Below, piece after piece: positions 58,911 to 64,000 of a stretch of 64,000 nucleotides of DNA. This DNA is from a virus. Every line of letters begins with the position of its first letter. The stretch's first letter is position 1. Location of the stretch: positions 1 to 64,000 of the IMG/VR virus record IMGVR_UViG_3300021964_000021, one strand, 5' to 3'. The notes beneath the pieces were generated by a model. That model was not told where the DNA came from, ran no database searches, and worked only from the letters and a program-made list of their open reading frames with translations. A program made the translations under genes and the position numbers.

Positions 58911-59543
58911 TTAACCTTTAAAATCTTCATCGTTTGATCCATATCCTTTATATATTAGTGCTCCACGGAGCATCTTCCTAAAGGATCTGTTATTATTCTT
59001 CCAAACGTCTGTAATATTAATAGAGCGAGATTTGCCGTCTTTAATATTAACGAAGTCTTCTATTGGTAAATTAGAAGCGGATGTCCACTCAGACCTAGCA
59101 ACGTCTAGCAACAGACCTTTAATTTGACTTATATTATATTTAGATACTGAATTATAAGGTAATGTTAATTTGTTGCGTCTTAAATTTTCAACGACTATCC
59201 CTCTTTTAAGTGGATGAATGTAATGAAGATTACATCCTAAAAAAGAAGTTCCCTCAACTTTAATTACAAATACTAGTGGAAATGGGTCAAATACAGATAC
59301 ATTATCTTTTTCAGAGGAATATTCAAACATAAAGAGATGTCCCTGTTTTGGGAATCTTCTGATCATATTGTCATCTGGATCATCACTGGTGCGATCTTTC
59401 ATCTCATCTCTGATAAGACGTTGTGGATCTGCTGCATATTTTTTTGATAGTCTCCTGAATGCTTTTCTGTAAAAGAATGGAGATCTACCAGGTTCTACAT
59501 CAACTTCCTGTCTTAAATCTTCAAAAAGAGTATTCTTAGACAT
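58911..59543 (-). CDS. DNA end protector gp2-like
   Basis: G.LFMF.Y....DPFPLV......F.G.NLHY. Confidence 0.7.
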   Translation of the reverse strand: MSKNTLFEDLRQEVDVEPGRSPFFYRKAFRRLSKKYAADPQRLIRDEMKDRTSDDPDDNMIRRFPKQGHLFMFEYSSEKDNVSVFDPFPLVFVIKVEGTSFLGCNLHYIHPLKRGIVVENLRRNKLTLPYNSVSKYNISQIKGLLLDVARSEWTSASNLPIEDFVNIKDGKSRSINITDVWKNNNRSFRKMLRGALIYKGYGSNDEDFKG

Positions 59544-59989
59544 TACTTGATTCCTAGTTCGTCTTCGGTTATAATTTTAAATTCAAGTCGTCTATCCTTA
59601 CACCATTCTGTTGCTGCCTTCCATTTGGCTTTGTTCACTTCATATGTCTTTGCTTCATAGATGAAGGATTTAGTCACTTTTTTAGACTTTCTCTCAGGTG
59701 GTTTAGTTTGTTTTTTAGGTTTTACTTCAACCACATATGTTTTTGTAGATCCATTTTTTTCTTTGACTTTTATAAGAAAGTCTGGGAAGTAACGATGAAC
59801 TCTACCATCAATTGGCGATACATATGGAATACAAAACTCCTCACTTGCCCACTCTAAGATATTCTCATTAAGGTCACACCAAGCACAGAATCTACGCTCC
59901 CAACTACTTCTACAAATAATATTGTTGGGGTTACCCTTGTATTTTTTGGGGAACGATGGGCGGTATCTACTTTTAATACTTTCGCTCAT
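59543..59989 (-). CDS. Head completion nuclease gp4
   Basis: KYKG....I..RSSWE, WASEE, HRYFPDF, VEVKP, ITEDELG. Confidence 0.9.
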   Translation of the reverse strand: MSESIKSRYRPSFPKKYKGNPNNIICRSSWERRFCAWCDLNENILEWASEEFCIPYVSPIDGRVHRYFPDFLIKVKEKNGSTKTYVVEVKPKKQTKPPERKSKKVTKSFIYEAKTYEVNKAKWKAATEWCKDRRLEFKIITEDELGIK

Positions 59990-60032
59990 AAACTTGGCTA
60001 CATATAATATAGGGATCCTTAAACTTATTTAG

Positions 60033-60842
60033 ATGGCAAATCCTATCAATCCTGGCGTTAAGATGACGGACTTAAAGTCCAAAATAATGCGACCCTCTTT
60101 GTCATCTGTTTATGGCGTAGTGGTTAAAACGCCAAAAGGTTTTAAATTTGATGGATTTGAATCTGGTGGACAGGAGCTACTTGAATTAACTTGTGTGGAA
60201 GCTACTCTTCCAGGATCCAGTCTTGGGACAATAGAAACTAATAGAGATTTTCGTGGAGTTATCGAGAGGCACGCATATTCAAAATTATATGATGAAACTA
60301 TTGATTTCACCTTTATGGTGACAATGGATCCAGGTAATAATTCTCAAAAATCATACTTACAGATCAAGTTTTTTGAGGCTTGGATGAGATATATTGTTGG
60401 GGAGGACGTAGGAGATAAAGCATTACAAAAACCAACATTTCAATCTACTCTAAGATATCCACAAGATTATCAGGCACCTCTTGCTATTGTTAAATTTGAG
60501 AAAGATTTGGGTTTTGGACTTGAATCTAAACAAAACATACTAGTATATGAGTTTGTCCAAGCATTCCCTAAAGCAATTAGTTCTGTTCCAGTTAGTTATG
60601 AGGGATCTAATGTCTTAAAAACTACAGTATCCTTTACTTATACTAGATACTTTATTTCTGAAGTTGCAGATAAGGAAGATGTAAAATATGCACCACCATC
60701 ACTTGTATTTAATCCATGGGATTTCAATTCAACGAAAAATTTATATAATAGATCTGGATTGGATTTAGATATTTTCAACTCTAATCCTGGTGCTTCATTA
60801 TTTGGAGAGTCTTCATTCCCAATATTCAGAACTACTGAATAA
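60033..60842 (+). CDS. Tail tube / tube initiator (gp19/gp54-like)
   Basis: C.EATLPG, FFEAWM.YI, AFP..I...P.SY, VSF.Y. Confidence 0.7.
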   Translation: MANPINPGVKMTDLKSKIMRPSLSSVYGVVVKTPKGFKFDGFESGGQELLELTCVEATLPGSSLGTIETNRDFRGVIERHAYSKLYDETIDFTFMVTMDPGNNSQKSYLQIKFFEAWMRYIVGEDVGDKALQKPTFQSTLRYPQDYQAPLAIVKFEKDLGFGLESKQNILVYEFVQAFPKAISSVPVSYEGSNVLKTTVSFTYTRYFISEVADKEDVKYAPPSLVFNPWDFNSTKNLYNRSGLDLDIFNSNPGASLFGESSFPIFRTTE

Positions 60843-60874
60843 CCCCATAAATAAACACATGAATTGATAAGTTT

Positions 60875-61594
60875 ATGCCATTACCTACTATAGCAGCCCC
60901 AACTTATGATCTGGTTCTTCCTTCCACTGGAGAAGAGTTGCAGTTCAGACCATTCTTGGTAAGAGAGGAAAAACTTCTTGTTCTTGCCTTGGAAAGTGAA
61001 GATCCGAAACAAATCACTACAGCAATTAAGACCGTAATTACAAATTGTATTTTGACAAAGGGAGTAAAAGTAGAGACTCTTCCTACTTTTGATATTGAAT
61101 ATCTCTTCTTGAACATTCGTGGTAAGTCTGTAGGTGAAGAGATTGAAGTAAATGTTCTTTGTCCAGATGATGAAGAGACTTATGTCCCAGTGACTATTAA
61201 TATTGATGATATTAAGGTCAAGAAGTCGGAGGGTCATGATAGATTGATTAAGATTGATAGTACCATTGCTATGGAGATGAAGTATCCATCTTTAGAGCAA
61301 TTTATCAAGAGTAATTTTGATTTCTCTGGTGAGAATAATGTTGAACAGTCATTTGATTTGATCGCTACTTGTATCAGTCAGATTCTTACTGAAGAAGAAA
61401 CTTGGGATCTTGATTCTGTTCCTAAAAGTGAAGTTACTGCATTCTTAGATCAAATGAATTCTAATCAGTTCAAACTGATTGAGAAGTTTTTTGAAACTAT
61501 GCCCAAGTTGTCACATGAGATTGAAGTTACCAATCCAAAAACTAAAGTAAAAAGTACAGTCTTATTGGAAGGATTGTCGAGTTTTTTCGCATAG
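60875..61594 (+). CDS. Baseplate hub gp26-like
   Basis: MPLP....PTY.L.LPS, RPFLV.EEK, FDIEYLFL.IRGKSVGE, LEGL.SFF. Confidence 0.88.
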   Translation: MPLPTIAAPTYDLVLPSTGEELQFRPFLVREEKLLVLALESEDPKQITTAIKTVITNCILTKGVKVETLPTFDIEYLFLNIRGKSVGEEIEVNVLCPDDEETYVPVTINIDDIKVKKSEGHDRLIKIDSTIAMEMKYPSLEQFIKSNFDFSGENNVEQSFDLIATCISQILTEEETWDLDSVPKSEVTAFLDQMNSNQFKLIEKFFETMPKLSHEIEVTNPKTKVKSTVLLEGLSSFFA

Positions 61595-61605
61595 CCCTCT
61601 CCCAT

Positions 61606-61779
61606 ATGGATTTGGAGAACTACTATAAGTTAAACTTTGCTTTGCTCCAGTACCATAAATACTCATTAACTGAGGTAGAGAATCTAATTCCATGGGAGCG
61701 GGAAGTTTATGTTGCATTGTTGAAGGCTCATTTGGAAGAGGAAAAACTCAAAGCGCAACAAGCAAATAATAGTAACTAA
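61606..61779 (+). CDS. Baseplate hub assembly protein gp51-like (57 aa, not in ORF track)
   Basis: MDLENYYKLNFALLQYHKYSLTEVENLIPWEREVYV. Confidence 0.8.
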   Translation: MDLENYYKLNFALLQYHKYSLTEVENLIPWEREVYVALLKAHLEEEKLKAQQANNSN

Positions 61780-64000
61780 TGGCGAGAACACCAACATTTA
61801 TTCGCGAATTTGTACCATACTCCACAGTTAAGCAGAACGAGCTTAAGTGGAGTAGTTATGCTGCCAGCCGTATTTCTTACAATAGAAATCTTCTTGCTCG
61901 CGAATTTGGTGTAGATCCAGATAAAGTATATTCAACTTTTGCAAGGAATTTTAAGAAGCATACAAAAGATTTTCCTTTAGCAGCAGTAGATACTGGAACA
62001 GAGAAGAATAAGGCAGATTATGAGAAGCAGGAGCAGTATGTTCTGTTCTTGTGGAATTATTATGTTGTAGATAAACCGAAAAAGGTAAGTTTACCTAAGA
62101 AACCAAAAGAGACTACGGTACAAAAACCTAAGGTAGAGGATTCTTATGACGAACAAGAGGTAGATCCAGATAACCCTTATGCTGGTGATACTGATGACCC
62201 TCCAATGATTGCGGAGATGAGTCGTGTTAAACCAAAAAAGGGTGGTGCATTAAAAAAACCAAAAGCAACAGTATCAAAAACATATGTACCAGCGGGACCA
62301 TCAAAAGATGATCTTCTTGGTGATGCTGCAGAAGAGATTGATCCAAGGATAGCAGAACTTCTTGGATTGGAAGATGGTTTTGATTTCAGTTATGATGATT
62401 ATCTTACAATGTTAAAAGAGTGGCAAGTTGCTGCTCGAATGACAGATAGCAAGGTATCTACTGAAGATTCCATGCTGATTGACGAGGAGAGGAAGAGAGT
62501 AAGAAGTAAGACTGGCAAATTTAAGGTAAATGTAAAGAGAGTTGATAAAACAACAACAAAACCTGCAACAAAACCAACCAGTGGTATGGTTGGAAGTGGT
62601 CCAGAAAAACAGCAACTTCTTCTTGCTCCTGGAGAAGATAGTAAGAAGAAGAGGAAGCGTAAAGCATCTCTTGAAGAGAATGTTGCTGCGATAAGAAAGT
62701 CTGTTGAGAAGATATTCAAAGTTCTGAATGGTCAATTTGAGGCTATAAAAAAGAAGTCAGAACTTGATAGACGTAATAAACAAAAAGAGAAGAGAAGAAA
62801 GAAGGAGAGTGCTTTAGAGGGAGCTGGAAAGTTTATGATGAATCAGGCAATGAAACTTGCCGCTCCTACGTTTGATTTGTTAGACAGATTATTTAAATTC
62901 ATCGGAACTATTTTACTCGGAAGAGTAATGATCAAGTTGCTTGAGTGGTTGGCAGATCCAAAAAATCGGGAGAAAGTTGAGTCACTGGGAAGATTCTTAC
63001 AAGATTGGTGGCCAGTATTATTATCTGCATTTGTTCTGTTTGCAACTCCATTAGGTGCATTGATTCGGTCTGTTCTTGCAGGAGTAGTGAAACTGTCTAT
63101 GTTTATGGCAAAGAAGGCAATTCCAGGTCTTCTTAAATTTGCTAGAGCACATCCTCTTGCAGCAGCTGCTACGGTAGTTGTTGGTGGTGCAGCAATTGGT
63201 GGCATCATGCAATCTCAAACACAATCAAATGATCCTGAGAGAGCAAAAGACGGTAAGACTCAGTTAGATGATACTCTAGAGTTTGGTGGCGCTACTGGAG
63301 ATCCCATGAGTGTATTGGGTACTATGTCTGGCGGTGGTCGAGTTCCAAGATACTCTAGAGGTGGAGGGGTTCAAAGAAATAGAAGAACTATGCCATCTGG
63401 TGGAAAGGTAACACATTCCACTGGTAAGAGAGTTAGGGGTGCAGGAAAAGATACTCAGATGATTGTTGCTCAACCTGGTGAGATTGTAATGTCTAAACCA
63501 GCAGTTGATAAGATTGGAGCACCCTTCCTCCTTGGTCTTAACAAGATGGGTGGTGGGACAAACCAACCAACATATTCTAAAATGGGAGATATTCAATTTG
63601 CTCAGGGTGGTGGACAAATTGGAGTTAATATTAATGATAATTTAAATAATTTAAGTATACAGGAGTTAAGTAAGTTATTAGATCCAACAGAACCAGGTGC
63701 AAGAAGACCTCACGTATTCAGAGCAGCAAGAGAAGCAAGGCAAAGATATTCTGCTGCTCCAAGAGAAGAAATAGAAAGACAGGCATTAATTGCAACTATT
63801 CGTGCTGTTAGATCTCCAGAACCACAACAATCATCTAGATCTCCCCTATCGTCTTCCACATCAAGAAGAGAATCGACATCTGGTACTTCTATGGCAGGAG
63901 CGATGACTGGACGTAGAACCTCTCCACCCCCATCTTCACCTTCACCTCAAATGCAAACTCAGGAAAGTGAGAGTGATTCTGAAATGGGTGTACAAGGTCC
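61779..64000 (+). CDS. Tape-measure / hub (gp29-like) protein, 3'-truncated (not in ORF track)
   Basis: TAATG-coupled start MARTPTFIRE; coiled and hydrophobic helical segments, GAGKDTQMIVAQPGEIVM motif; appears to run off the window end. Confidence 0.65.
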   Translation, partial: MARTPTFIREFVPYSTVKQNELKWSSYAASRISYNRNLLAREFGVDPDKVYSTFARNFKKHTKDFPLAAVDTGTEKNKADYEKQEQYVLFLWNYYVVDKPKKVSLPKKPKETTVQKPKVEDSYDEQEVDPDNPYAGDTDDPPMIAEMSRVKPKKGGALKKPKATVSKTYVPAGPSKDDLLGDAAEEIDPRIAELLGLEDGFDFSYDDYLTMLKEWQVAARMTDSKVSTEDSMLIDEERKRVRSKTGKFKVNVKRVDKTTTKPATKPTSGMVGSGPEKQQLLLAPGEDSKKKRKRKASLEENVAAIRKSVEKIFKVLNGQFEAIKKKSELDRRNKQKEKRRKKESALEGAGKFMMNQAMKLAAPTFDLLDRLFKFIGTILLGRVMIKLLEWLADPKNREKVESLGRFLQDWWPVLLSAFVLFATPLGALIRSVLAGVVKLSMFMAKKAIPGLLKFARAHPLAAAATVVVGGAAIGGIMQSQTQSNDPERAKDGKTQLDDTLEFGGATGDPMSVLGTMSGGGRVPRYSRGGGVQRNRRTMPSGGKVTHSTGKRVRGAGKDTQMIVAQPGEIVMSKPAVDKIGAPFLLGLNKMGGGTNQPTYSKMGDIQFAQGGGQIGVNINDNLNNLSIQELSKLLDPTEPGARRPHVFRAAREARQRYSAAPREEIERQALIATIRAVRSPEPQQSSRSPLSSSTSRRESTSGTSMAGAMTGRRTSPPPSSPSPQMQTQESESDSEMGVQG

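Noticed and set aside
1-64000. tRNA/rRNA genes, IS elements, alternative genetic code
   Set aside because: No cloverleafs or transposases noticed by eye; core genes translate fully in the standard code.

Overview
Segment of a T4-like marine cyanomyovirus genome (Kyanoviridae-type; a Synechococcus host is inferred from psbA+psbD+zwf+petE+PTOX and intermediate GC). Order: virion subtilase and tail fibre; photosynthesis/carbon AMG island (psbA with structured leader, LOG-family gene, petE, psbD, PTOX, an unannotated ndhP homologue, zwf); about 20 kb of tail-fibre/virion genes ending in three tandem Cys/Gly-rich paralogues plus a fibre chaperone; a modification cluster (2OG-Fe(II) oxygenases, GT9-like transferase, carbamoyltransferases, HldA/HldC/HldD-like enzymes); a divergent PebA-like bilin reductase; small core ORFs; thyX, phoH, exonuclease, gp33, gp59, gp32; baseplate/head genes (gp53, gp48, gp2, gp4, gp54-like, gp26, gp51, start of a tape-measure-like gene). 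The most unusual signal is at 47.58-48.03 kb: an interlocked double glnA-type (glutamine) riboswitch whose two P2 loops each enclose a small gene, upstream of DUF4278-like peptides. Other leads: a candidate -1 frameshift fusing gp26 to gp51, a perfect HLR1 (RpaB) box in the psbD promoter, and gene-conversion tracts among the Cys-rich paralogues. All assignments come from motif recognition by eye; no database searches were run.
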